A stretch of 64,000 bases of DNA from an uncultured delta proteobacterium (GCA_963847445.1 CAWJZV010000007.1:128001-192000), one strand, 5' to 3'. Counted from the stretch's first letter, positions 32,673-42,748 are shown. Notes: generated by a model from the letters alone, not told the origin. Translations and numbers: made by a program.

Positions 32673-33665
32673 ATGACATCAACCAAACTAGCTTGTTTGT
32701 CCGTGTTTCTTGCCACTACCATGATCATATTTCTTTTCGGCGCTCAGCCATCGACGGCTGTTGACGACGTGAAAGTTCATACCTCGGGAAGCACCAGCGC
32801 CAATGTGCTAATTTACAAAATCGCCCAGGAGCGCGGATTTTATAAAGAAGAAAACCTCAATGTTCTGACGATCGCGGCGACTTCGTCCGCGGGCATCCAA
32901 GGACTCGTGGGCGGCAGCTTTGACTTCAGCCAAATCCTAGGCCAGACCTCCGCCGCGATCTTGCACGGCGCGCCGCTAAAAAATGTGATGGTATTCGACA
33001 CCCGGCCGCTCTTTTGGTTCTTCGGCGGCAAGAAGGTCAGGCGCCTGCAAGATTTGAAGGGCGGCAAGCTGATCGGCGTCTCCAGTCTCGGCGCCAATAC
33101 CGATCAAATGACCCGCGAGGTTCTCGCGCTTAACGGCATCGATCCGCGCAAGGACGTAGTGATTCAAGGGACCGGGACCGGCGCGATCCGATTGGCCGCG
33201 CTGCTCGGCGGTAGCCTCGACGCCGCGATCACCAATCCCACAGAGAGCATCATAGCGCGCAAGCAAGGGCTTAACGAGCTTTTCTTCTACGGCGATTATG
33301 ATCTGAACATCGTTTCCGGTGGGGCCGCTCTCACGGAGCGAATGCTTAAAGAAAAACCTGATCTTGTTCGGCGTTTTCTTCGTGCTACGGTGAGGGCGCT
33401 GCTCTGGTTTCGCGCGAACGAGAAAGAAGCGGTCACGCGGATGGCTGAAGGATTCAAGATTTCGCGCGACGACGCTCTCGGGATCTACAAAGCGACTCTG
33501 AAGAGCTATACGCAGGACGGCACGATCTCGCGCGAGACCCAAGAGAAAATTATCAGTTTTCAGCGCAAGCAGCTTAAAGCGGAGAAAGAAATCACACCCG
33601 AGAACGTATATGATTTCACGATACTCCGGGCGATCAATGACGAACTCAAGAAGGCAGGACGATAA
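32673..33665 (+). CDS. ABC transporter substrate-binding protein (SsuA/THI5-like)
   Basis: Signal peptide, ERGFYKEENL, DLKGGKLIGVSSLG. Confidence 0.88.
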   Translation: MTSTKLACLSVFLATTMIIFLFGAQPSTAVDDVKVHTSGSTSANVLIYKIAQERGFYKEENLNVLTIAATSSAGIQGLVGGSFDFSQILGQTSAAILHGAPLKNVMVFDTRPLFWFFGGKKVRRLQDLKGGKLIGVSSLGANTDQMTREVLALNGIDPRKDVVIQGTGTGAIRLAALLGGSLDAAITNPTESIIARKQGLNELFFYGDYDLNIVSGGAALTERMLKEKPDLVRRFLRATVRALLWFRANEKEAVTRMAEGFKISRDDALGIYKATLKSYTQDGTISRETQEKIISFQRKQLKAEKEITPENVYDFTILRAINDELKKAGR

Positions 33666-33667
33666 CC

Positions 33668-34663
33668 GTGGTTTTTTTTCAACGAGTTAGTTTCATTTTG
33701 TTGGTTTTATTACTAGCCCGCGTCGCTCCGATCCACGCCCAGAAGCTTGAAAAACTCGTGATCGGCTACCCGGCCCCGGTGGCGTCGCTGGGGATTATCG
33801 ACGTCATGCGCAAAGGCGGCCTGTTCAAAAAGAACGGGCTCGACGTCGATATCGTTTACATACAAGGCAGCCCGATCTTGACCACCGCGATGGTTTCCGG
33901 CCAGGTGCCCATGGCGTTTCTCGGCGGCGCGGCTCTCGTCGCATCCGCCGTCGGCGGCGCCGACACCGTTTATCTCGCTTGCGGTATCAACACGCTCTAT
34001 TGGCGCTTTTTCACGACGCCCGATATCAAGACCGTCTCGGACCTTAAAGGCAAAAAACTGGGCGTCACCACCATCGGCTCGCAAGAAGACAGCGTCGTAC
34101 GCTTTATCCTCAGAGAGCGCGGCCTCATTCCCGATCGTGACTTCGGCGTGGTCGCGGTGGGCGGCGCGCCTACGCGCTTGGCCGCCTTGAGCAAAGGCGT
34201 GATCCAAGGCTCCACATTCATCCCGCCCCAGGATATCGCCGCCGAGAGGCTCGGGCTCAATCCGCTCATCGATATGAGCAAGCTCGGCCTTTACAACCCC
34301 GGCAGTTGCTTCGCCAGCACCAAGACCTATATCAGAACGCATCGCGACACCGTGATGAAGGTCATGAAGGCTTTCGTCGAAGGGTTGCGCTACTACAAAG
34401 ACAATCGAGAGTTTGTCTTGAAGGTCACCGCCGACTTCGCGCAGAACCGCGATCCCGACGTGCTCAAACCGACTTATGACGTCGTCACGCGCTACCAGGA
34501 CCGAGTTCCCTACGTCAACATGAAGGGCATCGAGTTCATGCTTAAAACCCTGGAGGCTCGCGATCCGCGCGCTAAGACTTTCGATCCAGCTAGCGTCGTC
34601 GACGCAAGCTTCATTCAGGAGTTGGAAAAGACTGGCTTCGTCGACGCGGTGTGGAAGAAATAA
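33668..34663 (+). CDS. ABC transporter substrate-binding protein (SsuA/THI5-like)
   Basis: Signal peptide, GLFKKNGLDV, DLKGKKLGV. Confidence 0.9.
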   Translation: MVFFQRVSFILLVLLLARVAPIHAQKLEKLVIGYPAPVASLGIIDVMRKGGLFKKNGLDVDIVYIQGSPILTTAMVSGQVPMAFLGGAALVASAVGGADTVYLACGINTLYWRFFTTPDIKTVSDLKGKKLGVTTIGSQEDSVVRFILRERGLIPDRDFGVVAVGGAPTRLAALSKGVIQGSTFIPPQDIAAERLGLNPLIDMSKLGLYNPGSCFASTKTYIRTHRDTVMKVMKAFVEGLRYYKDNREFVLKVTADFAQNRDPDVLKPTYDVVTRYQDRVPYVNMKGIEFMLKTLEARDPRAKTFDPASVVDASFIQELEKTGFVDAVWKK

Positions 34664-34667
34664 TTTC

Positions 34668-34748
34668 ACGAGCGTGAGGGGTGAACGGTGAGGAGTGAGA
34701 GGGCCTCTCACAACTCCTCACTACTTACACCTAACCCCTTACGCCTTG
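34668..34748. repeat. Inverted heptamer tandem repeats
   Basis: GTGAGGG/GTGAACG/GTGAGGA versus CCTCAC/CTTACAC/CCTTACG. Confidence 0.6.
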
Positions 34749-34760
34749 ACCTAACAAGAA

Positions 34761-36278
34761 ATGAATATCGGCGAATCGTTACCGCGCAACGCGCAACACT
34801 TTCCCGACAAGCGGGCCATCGTCGACGCGCATCGAACGGTCACCTATAGAGAATTCCACGAGCGCACGAATCGATTAGCGAATTACTTGCTCGTTCAGGG
34901 CGTCACCAGAGGCGACCTGGTTGGGCTTTCCTGCGGCAGCCGCGCTGAGCATTTCGAAGCGCTGTTCGCCGTGGCCAAGATCGGCGCCATCGCTGTGCCC
35001 TTCGATTTCAACTGGAGTGGGCAAGAGTGTGCTGCGATGCTGCGCTTCTTCGCCCCTAAAGCTTTCTTTCTGGAAAAACGCAAGGAAACCGAGGCGCTGA
35101 AGACCCTCACTCGGCAACACATCGAACCCAGCAGGGTCATCGTCGTTGCGGATAGCGGCGATCAGAACAGCATCTCCTTCGAAGAAGCCATTGAACAAGG
35201 ATGGCCCAGCGATCCCGAAGTTCAAGTTCAGGGTTTGGATCCGTTCCTGCTCATGATCACGTCCGGCACCACGGGATTTCCCAAGGCGTGCAGCATTAAC
35301 CACGAGACCTACTCGTTGCGCTGCATGAACTACGGCATGACCAAGGGCATGCACAAAGACGAGCGCGCGCTCATGACGCTACCGGTTCACTTCAACGCCG
35401 GCCGCGGCTCGGTCATGAGCATTTTGTATCTCGGCGGCACGATTTTCATCCAAGAGAAGTTCGACGCGGAAACATTTTTGCAAACCATCGAGGAAGAAAA
35501 GATCACCTACACGATGCTCGTACCGACTTTGTGCGAGCGCTTGCTGCGCCATGAACGGCTGGATCAATATCAAACGTCTTCGCTCCGCTACCTCGGCATC
35601 ACCGGCGGCCATCTTTCGGGGGAATTGGCCCGCGAGACGAGACAGAGGTTGTGCGCCGATCTCTTTGAAGCCTACGCCTCTACCGATTGCGGCCAGATCA
35701 CCACCATCGGTCAAGAAGATTGGGAAACCCACGGCGACACCGTCGGCAAACCGATCTGGTGCGTCCTCGTGCGCATAGCCGACGACGACAGCCGCGAATT
35801 TCCGCTCGGGAAAGAAGGCGAAGTCTGCGTCCGCACTCCTCTGGCGATCCAAGGCTATTACCAAAACCCTCAGTCCACGGAAGAATTCCTCCAAGGCGGC
35901 TGGTGCCATACAGGCGATATCGGCTTCGTCGACGACCAGGGCTACCTGCACATCTCAGGCCGCAAGAAAAACATGGTAAAAAGCGGCGGTATCAGCGTCT
36001 TCCCCGAGGAGATCGAAGACATCCTACGCAAACATCCCGACGTGGCCGACGCCGCGGTGATCGGCTTCAAAAGCGCAGAATGGGGCGAAGCGCTGAAAGC
36101 TTTCGTAATTCTAAATCCCGGCGCGAACTGCGGCGCCGACATACTTATTCAGTTCTGCAAGCAATCACTGGCGCCGTACAAAGCGCCCAAGGCCGTGGAA
36201 TTTCTCTCATCTCTGCCGCGCACCGGGCTTGGCAAGATCGATCGGGGAAAGTTAGGAGCAATGACCTGGACTAAGTGA
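34761..36278 (+). CDS. AMP-dependent acyl-CoA synthetase
   Basis: ITSGTTGFPK, YASTD, WCHTGDIG, GRKKNMVKSGG, LPRTGLGK. Confidence 0.92.
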   Translation: MNIGESLPRNAQHFPDKRAIVDAHRTVTYREFHERTNRLANYLLVQGVTRGDLVGLSCGSRAEHFEALFAVAKIGAIAVPFDFNWSGQECAAMLRFFAPKAFFLEKRKETEALKTLTRQHIEPSRVIVVADSGDQNSISFEEAIEQGWPSDPEVQVQGLDPFLLMITSGTTGFPKACSINHETYSLRCMNYGMTKGMHKDERALMTLPVHFNAGRGSVMSILYLGGTIFIQEKFDAETFLQTIEEEKITYTMLVPTLCERLLRHERLDQYQTSSLRYLGITGGHLSGELARETRQRLCADLFEAYASTDCGQITTIGQEDWETHGDTVGKPIWCVLVRIADDDSREFPLGKEGEVCVRTPLAIQGYYQNPQSTEEFLQGGWCHTGDIGFVDDQGYLHISGRKKNMVKSGGISVFPEEIEDILRKHPDVADAAVIGFKSAEWGEALKAFVILNPGANCGADILIQFCKQSLAPYKAPKAVEFLSSLPRTGLGKIDRGKLGAMTWTK

Positions 36279-36988
36279 ATCGCGCGCTTGTCGAAAACCT
36301 TTACGTAGAACTCCGGTTTATTCCGTTTCCTCTCTCGAAAAGTCTAGAACCTTGGTACTTTTGAGGACCCTCCTTCACCATACGAAGAAACCCTACGACA
36401 AGTCCTTAACAGGCCGGCGTTTGCCTGCGTGCCGTGCTTAATTAATTTTCCAAAACCGGTGATTACAATTGTTGCAACGAAATGGCCGAAACAAAAGGAG
36501 ACTAAGAACCTTCTCGATTAGGTTCGCACGGTGAGATTTTCTCACGTCCCTGCCGGCTTGGTTGGAAGAGACATGCGTGGGCCAGTGAAGCAAAAGTTCC
36601 CGGCGCTGTCAGGTGCCAAGAAATACCCAGCATTACGAGAACCCGAAACGTCCGATAACCGATAGGGGATGTCAATAAGGAGGCTATGGTTCAAGCTAGA
36701 TTGATATGACTTAACTTTATCCTCAAACCCCGTACCTACATCACCACCACGCGCGTTTTGAGTTTTCCTTTGGCTGCGCGTTCGAGAAGCTTATCGATTT
36801 TTTTCTGAACCAGTCGGTAGCAAAAGAATTTAACTGTAGGAGACCTCAATTCGAACAGGAGAACAATTCATGAGCCACGAAAACGGCATCACGACGTTTT
36901 TGTCCTTTGCGCGCAGCACTTGACGACGAATCGTTATAGGGGGTTCTCGTGCCCCAGACCTGTTCACGAGCGATTGATCGAAGCGAAA

Positions 36989-37068
36989 GGGATCAAGTCC
37001 GCTTATTGCTCTTTACTTTAACAAAGCCGCCTCAATCCTTCGTACTCGCCGGGCAAGCTTTTTTTCCT
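36989..37068 (-). mobile_element. 3' stub of RAYT family B with terminal GGGATCAAGTCCGC
   Basis: Minus strand encodes EKKLARRVRRIEAALLK; homologous to 52341-52414 and 55233-55269. Confidence 0.7.
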
Positions 37069-37213
37069 GGCCTGTCCCGCGGTGGCGCGGTAAGCCGTGG
37101 CAGGAAATTACCTGCGCGCTACGATGCCCTGCGCAGCTTTTCAAATAAGCGATTGCACCCGACGGCGCCGGTTTGTTAGGTTGACGCTCGGTTCTTCCGG
37201 AGAGGGGTGAATC

Positions 37214-39253
37214 ATGCGCTCGCGGCGAAAGTCAAAAGGTTCAAATAAAAGGGCGGCAAAGAAAACTGCCTTCCGCGTGGAAGAGGCGACGATTACCGCA
37301 GTGCATCGGGCGTTTCGCGCCAAGAAGCTGACAGCAGCGGAGCTCGTGAGTCGCTATTTCGAGCGCATCAGGGCCCATAACGGCGTCTGCGTCGGCGGCG
37401 ATGTCGATGCCGCCACCGGACTGCAACTGGGAGACATTACGCCGATCCCGAACGCCGGGCAGCTCAATGCCTTCATCACTCTGAATCTGCAAGAAGACAA
37501 GCGCATCAAGCTCGGTTTTCCCGAGAAACTGAAACGAACTCACACCGGGCGCGATGACGCAAAATATCCCGACGCGCTGGATCGGGCGCGCGAGCTCGAC
37601 CGTTATTTCGCCCGCACCGGCAAATTTGCCGGCCCGCTCCACGGCATCCCGATCGCGATCAAGGACAACTACGATACTTTCGACATGCGCACGACGGCGG
37701 CAGCGGCGGCGCAGTACGCCGACGATCGCCCGCCCGACGACGCCACCATGGTCGCCAAGCTGCGCGCGGCCGGCGCGATCCTTCTCGGCAAGACCAACAT
37801 GGACGAGTACGCTCCCGCGGGAATTGCCCGCAGCGCCTTCGGCGGTCAGACCTGCAATCCTTACGATACGACTAGGATACCCGGGGGATCGAGCGGCGGC
37901 TCGGCCGCGGCGGTGGCGGCCAACCTCGCCATGTGCGCCCTGGGCACGGACACATCCGGCTCGGTGCGCTTTCCGTCATCGTGCTGCAGTCTGGTCGGCC
38001 TGGTCGCGACCCAAGGGCTGGTCAGCCGCGACGGCATCGTGCCGCTGTCATTTACCAGGGACCGCGGCGGCCCGATCTGCCGCACCGTGCAAGACACGGC
38101 GATCCTTCTGGAAGTGCTCGCCGGCTACGATCCCAAAGATCCGGTCACGGCGGCTTGCGCCGCGCAGCCCAGGCTTTCGTATGCGCGGTTTGCCGGTGGA
38201 AAATCGCTGCGCGGAAAAAGGCTGGGGGTGCTGCGCGATCTGATGATCGAAGCGAGCGTCGCCGATCGCGACCCGATTCGCGTCGCCAACGAGGCGATCG
38301 CCGATATGAAAAAGGCCGGCGCGACGATTGTCGATCCGGTGAACGTCGACAAAGCAATCGCCGATCTGGTTCCCTATCTCGAGCCCGGCTGGCTGGCGAG
38401 AAATTTCCCCGCGGCGTTTCCGGAGTCCGCCAAGCCCATCGACCGGATCGTGTCGATGGCCTTCGATCACGCCCTGATTCCCGCCGGCGCCCGCGGCGTG
38501 AACCTGCGCATGCTCGCCGCGCAGCCGCGCGGCCACGAAGCGCACTACGCGATCAATCGCTACCTGCGCGAGCGCGGCGATGCGAAGTTCAAAAATCTTG
38601 AAGACATGCTCGCCATGCCGATGTTTTCCGGCAGCCTGGATAATTTCAAGAGAGCGTTCAGCGACGATGCCGCTACTTTGGACACGCCGGCGCAAATGGA
38701 TCATCTGGTGCGCATGCAGAGCTTGCGGCTGATCATTCTCCAAGTCATGGCGGAAAACAGTCTCGACGCGCTGGTTTACGCCTACACGACGATCCCGCCG
38801 CACATCATCTTGCCCAACCGCCTGGCGAAAACCGTGGAGACGCGGACCGAGCCGAAAATTCTCAAAGCCGGGACGGTCATGTCCGATCCGACGCTGATAC
38901 CCGGCGAGCCGGTGCTGCAATCCGACCTCGACACCTACAGAGGTTCGGGCTCGAGCTTTGCGGTCAGTCTCAGCCCCGAGACCGGCTTTCCGGCCATCGT
39001 CGTGCCGGCCGGATTCACCCGAGAAGTCTATGATCGCGTGCCGGACGATCGAGATCCCAACGGCAGCCGGTTGGAAGGGCCGAAAAAAGTCGAGCTGCCC
39101 GTTGCTTTGGAATTCCTCGCTCGCCCCTTCGATGAAACAACGCTCTTCGCGATCGCCTCAGCGTTTGAAAGCATCAAACGACACCGCCGCCCACCGCCCG
39201 GATTCGGCGAGCTTGTCGATGGACCTACGAGAACGACCACTGGAAAATTTTAA
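37214..39253 (+). CDS. Amidase signature family protein
   Basis: GPLHGIPIAIKDN, GGSSGGS, GTDTSGSVRFP. Confidence 0.93.
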   Translation: MRSRRKSKGSNKRAAKKTAFRVEEATITAVHRAFRAKKLTAAELVSRYFERIRAHNGVCVGGDVDAATGLQLGDITPIPNAGQLNAFITLNLQEDKRIKLGFPEKLKRTHTGRDDAKYPDALDRARELDRYFARTGKFAGPLHGIPIAIKDNYDTFDMRTTAAAAAQYADDRPPDDATMVAKLRAAGAILLGKTNMDEYAPAGIARSAFGGQTCNPYDTTRIPGGSSGGSAAAVAANLAMCALGTDTSGSVRFPSSCCSLVGLVATQGLVSRDGIVPLSFTRDRGGPICRTVQDTAILLEVLAGYDPKDPVTAACAAQPRLSYARFAGGKSLRGKRLGVLRDLMIEASVADRDPIRVANEAIADMKKAGATIVDPVNVDKAIADLVPYLEPGWLARNFPAAFPESAKPIDRIVSMAFDHALIPAGARGVNLRMLAAQPRGHEAHYAINRYLRERGDAKFKNLEDMLAMPMFSGSLDNFKRAFSDDAATLDTPAQMDHLVRMQSLRLIILQVMAENSLDALVYAYTTIPPHIILPNRLAKTVETRTEPKILKAGTVMSDPTLIPGEPVLQSDLDTYRGSGSSFAVSLSPETGFPAIVVPAGFTREVYDRVPDDRDPNGSRLEGPKKVELPVALEFLARPFDETTLFAIASAFESIKRHRRPPPGFGELVDGPTRTTTGKF

Positions 39254-39284
39254 ACGGTTTGAACAGAGCGCAGCGGTTGAACGA
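39252..39284 (-). repeat. Short dispersed repeat GTTCAAYCGCT(G/T)CGCTC.GTTCAA..CGTT
   Basis: Also at 56788-56818 and 58058-58087, with a GTTCCAA array at 63583-63622; this copy and the 58 kb copy follow gene ends. Confidence 0.6.
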
Positions 39285-39429
39285 CCTACTGTTGCCAGTT
39301 GCGCACAAAGAATAGCTCAATACTTATGGTAGAATTCGTTGCTGCCCGTGCAACTGATTCAAGTATTGACCTGAGCCCTGCGCTGTGACTGTAGTGATTT
39401 TTTACGTCACCCCATATGGGAGGAAAACA

Positions 39430-40572
39430 ATGAAGCGCAGCACCGAGCAAATTCTCACCACCCACACCGGCAGTCTGCCCCGTCCCACCGATCTGGTGGA
39501 AATGGTGCTGTGCAAGGAGGAGAAGCAGCCGGTGGATGAGGACGCCTTTGCCACGCGGGTTCGCTCTGCTGTGGCGGAGGTCGTGCGTCGGCAGTTCGAG
39601 ATCGGCGTCACCGTCCTCAACGACGGCGAGCAGGGTAAGCCAGGCTACTCCATCTACATGAAGGACCGCTTGACCGGCTTTGGCGGTGAAAGTAGCGGGA
39701 TCTCCAACCCAGGGGAAGCAAAGGATTTCCCGGAGTACACTGCGCGCCGCATGGAACGAACGGGCCCCAAGCGCCCCGCGTGCATCGGCCCGATTGCCTG
39801 GAAGGATCGCGACGCCGTGCGCAAGGAGATCGATAATTTGCAGGCTGCTGTCAAAGCGGTCAAGGCCGAAGAGGTCTTCATGACCGCCGCCTCGCCGGGC
39901 GTGGTGCCGAGTTTCATGAAAGACCAATACTACGGCAGCGAGGAGAAGTATTTATACGCCTTGGCGGACGCCTTGAAAGAGGAATACGACGCGATCCATC
40001 GCGCCGGCTTTGTGCTCCAGGTGGATTGCCCCGACTTGGGATCGAGCCGCCACAACCGGTTTTCCCATCTGAGTACTAAAGAGTTCAAGAAAATCGCCGA
40101 ACTGCACGTGACGGCTCTCAATCACGCCTTGCGCGACATTCCAGCGGATCGGGTGCGCCTGCACATGTGCTGGGGCAACTACGAAGGGCCGCACCACCTC
40201 GACATCCCGCTTGCCGACATCATCGATGTGGCGCTCAAGGCCAATGTCGGCGCGCTTTCCTTCGAGGGCGCCAACGCCAGGCACGAGCATGAGTGGGTCG
40301 TTTTCAAGGAAGTATCTCTCCCCGATGGCATGGTCATCATTCCGGGCGTCATCGACTCCACGACCAACTTCATCGAACACCCCGAGCTTGTCGCCCAGCG
40401 AATCGTCCGGTACGCCGAAGTCGTCGGGCGCGAAAACGTCATCGCAGGCACAGACTGCGGCTTCGGCACCTTCGTGCGCACCGAGTCGACCATCGACCCG
40501 CGCATCGCCTGGGCTAAGCTCAAGTCGCTGGCCGACGGCGCGGCCATCGCCTCGAAGAAACTTTGGCAGTAG
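39430..40572 (+). CDS. Cobalamin-independent methionine synthase II family protein (second paralogue)
   Basis: MKRSTEQILTTHTGSLPR, HMCWGNYEGPH, TDCGF. Confidence 0.92.
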   Translation: MKRSTEQILTTHTGSLPRPTDLVEMVLCKEEKQPVDEDAFATRVRSAVAEVVRRQFEIGVTVLNDGEQGKPGYSIYMKDRLTGFGGESSGISNPGEAKDFPEYTARRMERTGPKRPACIGPIAWKDRDAVRKEIDNLQAAVKAVKAEEVFMTAASPGVVPSFMKDQYYGSEEKYLYALADALKEEYDAIHRAGFVLQVDCPDLGSSRHNRFSHLSTKEFKKIAELHVTALNHALRDIPADRVRLHMCWGNYEGPHHLDIPLADIIDVALKANVGALSFEGANARHEHEWVVFKEVSLPDGMVIIPGVIDSTTNFIEHPELVAQRIVRYAEVVGRENVIAGTDCGFGTFVRTESTIDPRIAWAKLKSLADGAAIASKKLWQ

Positions 40573-40593
40573 CGGACAACCCGGTTATGGGCA

Positions 40594-40838
40594 GGGTCAG
40601 GATGACCCCATCAATCAGTAGGCATGGATCTCGATTTCCAGTGCCGGGCGATCTCGGCGAGTAAGTCGAGAAAAGTTTGCCGTCCTTTATCTTCCAGAAA
40701 GATGTCCCGGCGCGATTAGCCACGATTGATCACGTGGTAGAACGCCCCGGAGTATTCAATACGCAGCGGTCGGGCCATGCGGATCGTTTATTTCATGCCC
40801 AGTCGTCGGTCAAGAGCTAAACGTAGACTTGAGACCCC
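40594..40838 (-). mobile_element. 5' stub of RAYT family B bounded by GGGTCAGGATGACCCC and AGACTTGAGACCCC
   Basis: MARPLRIEYSGAFYHVINRG; closely similar to 28225-28492. Confidence 0.88.
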
Positions 40839-41122
40839 TTTGTCGCTCCCATTCACCATTCCAGATCGGGATTGTGAGTGGAACTGGAAGCCATTTTTGA
40901 GGGGTGAGAAATAATCGATCATTATATTATAAGGACTATAACTCTATGGTTATGATCGAAGCCATGGTGCGAAATTAGAACTGTTAAGGTATATTACTTC
41001 GAGTCCTGAACAGATAAGCAGCTTTCAAAGCGCTTTGGCTCCATAGAGATTGAGACTTCCCTTCACGGATTAAGTACGATATGCGATGGTCGATAGGATC
41101 GACGTTTCGCTGAATTGAGACA

Positions 41123-41866
41123 ATGGCTGAGCGTGAAATTTTTCCAAGGGCCCCTATTACCGAAGCCTTACTAGACATTCGTGTTAGCTTGTCGGATGCC
41201 GTCAATCTTGATCAGCTAGTGGCCTTTCAAGATTGTGTTCGGGATCGCTACCCGAATAAGCGAGATAGAAAATTATGGAAAGGAAGCCTTCAATTTGGTA
41301 CGGATGGGCCACAGTTGTCTGACAAGTCAGGAGGAACAGATGGGTACTTTTTTTCATCCTCCGACGGAAAGAACATTGTTCAGTGTCGCCTAGATGGATT
41401 TACCTTTAATCGATTGAAACCTTATGACAGGTGGGAGACCTTTCGTGATGAAGCCTTACACTTATGGGAGTTCTATAAGGCCATCGCGCAACCAACTCAG
41501 ATCATACGAGTTGCCTTGCGTTACATTAATCGTATCGAAATACCCGTACCATTCAGAGATTTCAAAGATTATGTTCTTACCGGACCTGAGATAGCACCCG
41601 GGTTACCACAGGGATTAGCTGGATTTTTCTTGCAATTGCGACTGCCAGCCGCTGACGCGGCTACACAGATTGTAGTTACAGAAACGATGGAGCCACTCAC
41701 TGAGACAAGACGACTCCCATTCATATTGGATATTGACGTTTTTAGAGAAGCAGCTTATGACGTTGACGAACCAGCATCTTGGGAGATGCTAGAAGAATTG
41801 CACGATCTTAAGAACGACGTATTCTTTAAAAGTATAACTGCCAAAGCACGGGAGCTTTTTCGATGA
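41123..41866 (+). CDS. TIGR04255 family protein
   Basis: FPRAPITEALLDIR, NRLKPYDRWETF, RVALRYINRI, FILDIDVF, KNDVFFKSIT. Confidence 0.85.
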   Translation: MAEREIFPRAPITEALLDIRVSLSDAVNLDQLVAFQDCVRDRYPNKRDRKLWKGSLQFGTDGPQLSDKSGGTDGYFFSSSDGKNIVQCRLDGFTFNRLKPYDRWETFRDEALHLWEFYKAIAQPTQIIRVALRYINRIEIPVPFRDFKDYVLTGPEIAPGLPQGLAGFFLQLRLPAADAATQIVVTETMEPLTETRRLPFILDIDVFREAAYDVDEPASWEMLEELHDLKNDVFFKSITAKARELFR

Positions 41867-42318
41867 GACTTGCCGAGTCTGCAAAATGGACATCACCAAC
41901 TAGATGGGCTTCGTATCCCCACTTTATGTTCGACATGAATAATGAAGGGGTGGGGGCTGACGCGTTGGCGCTGGCCCTGCGGGTCATTGATGCTGAAGCA
42001 CATTACCGTTTTCCGCTGACACGCGAGACGATTATGGACCGGTTTTACTCACTTGTAAGTGAGTGGCAGACCGACACACAGTTAATCTCGTCCACGACGA
42101 ATATGGTTTTGCACAAAGCGTATCAAGAAATTATCGGACTGGGGCCAGTGATTATTCCGTTACTCCTTCGGGAACTTCAAAATAAACCTGATCACTGGTT
42201 TGCCGCCCTAAAGGCTTTGACAGGTGTCGACCCCGTCGCGCCCTCTGATCGCGGGCGGCTAGGAGCAATGACAGCCGCGTGGTTAGAGTGGGGGCGAAAT
42301 CAAGGCTACACCTGGTAG
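41863..42318 (+). CDS. Conserved helical hypothetical protein
   Basis: HKAYQEIIGLG..IPLLLREL...HWFAALKALTG.DP; ATGA overlap with the upstream gene. Confidence 0.8.
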   Translation: MRLAESAKWTSPTRWASYPHFMFDMNNEGVGADALALALRVIDAEAHYRFPLTRETIMDRFYSLVSEWQTDTQLISSTTNMVLHKAYQEIIGLGPVIIPLLLRELQNKPDHWFAALKALTGVDPVAPSDRGRLGAMTAAWLEWGRNQGYTW

Positions 42319-42319
42319 G

Positions 42320-42748
42320 ATGTCAATCGAAGCATTATTTCCTCGATTGCGAGAAACCGGGTATCAAATCACAAGCCCGGTCACAAACGAGTACAATTGT
42401 ATAGCCTGGGCTGCTGGTGAGACTGACCGGTGGTGGTGGCCGGACCCAAGCGGTTCCAGTTATTGGCCTGAAGCGGCCCCACGGCAGGAAACCGTCGAAG
42501 CATTTTTAATCGCATTTTCGTTCTCGGGGTTCGAGCCTTGCTCAAGTGATTCGTTCGAAGAAGGCTTTGAGAAGGTCGCAATCTATGCAAATGCCCAAGG
42601 CCAACCCACACATATGGCTAGACAACTCAGAAACGGAAGATGGACAAGCAAACTCGGAAAATTAGAAGATCTTGAACATCGGTTAGACGGCTTGGATGGC
42701 TCAACAGTCTACGGAATGGTTGCACAATGTCTCAAGCGTTCTCTCTGA
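42320..42748 (+). CDS. DUF7689-like protein with putative papain-like Cys/His dyad
   Basis: YNCIAWA...THMARQ...WTSKLG. Confidence 0.75.
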   Translation: MSIEALFPRLRETGYQITSPVTNEYNCIAWAAGETDRWWWPDPSGSSYWPEAAPRQETVEAFLIAFSFSGFEPCSSDSFEEGFEKVAIYANAQGQPTHMARQLRNGRWTSKLGKLEDLEHRLDGLDGSTVYGMVAQCLKRSL

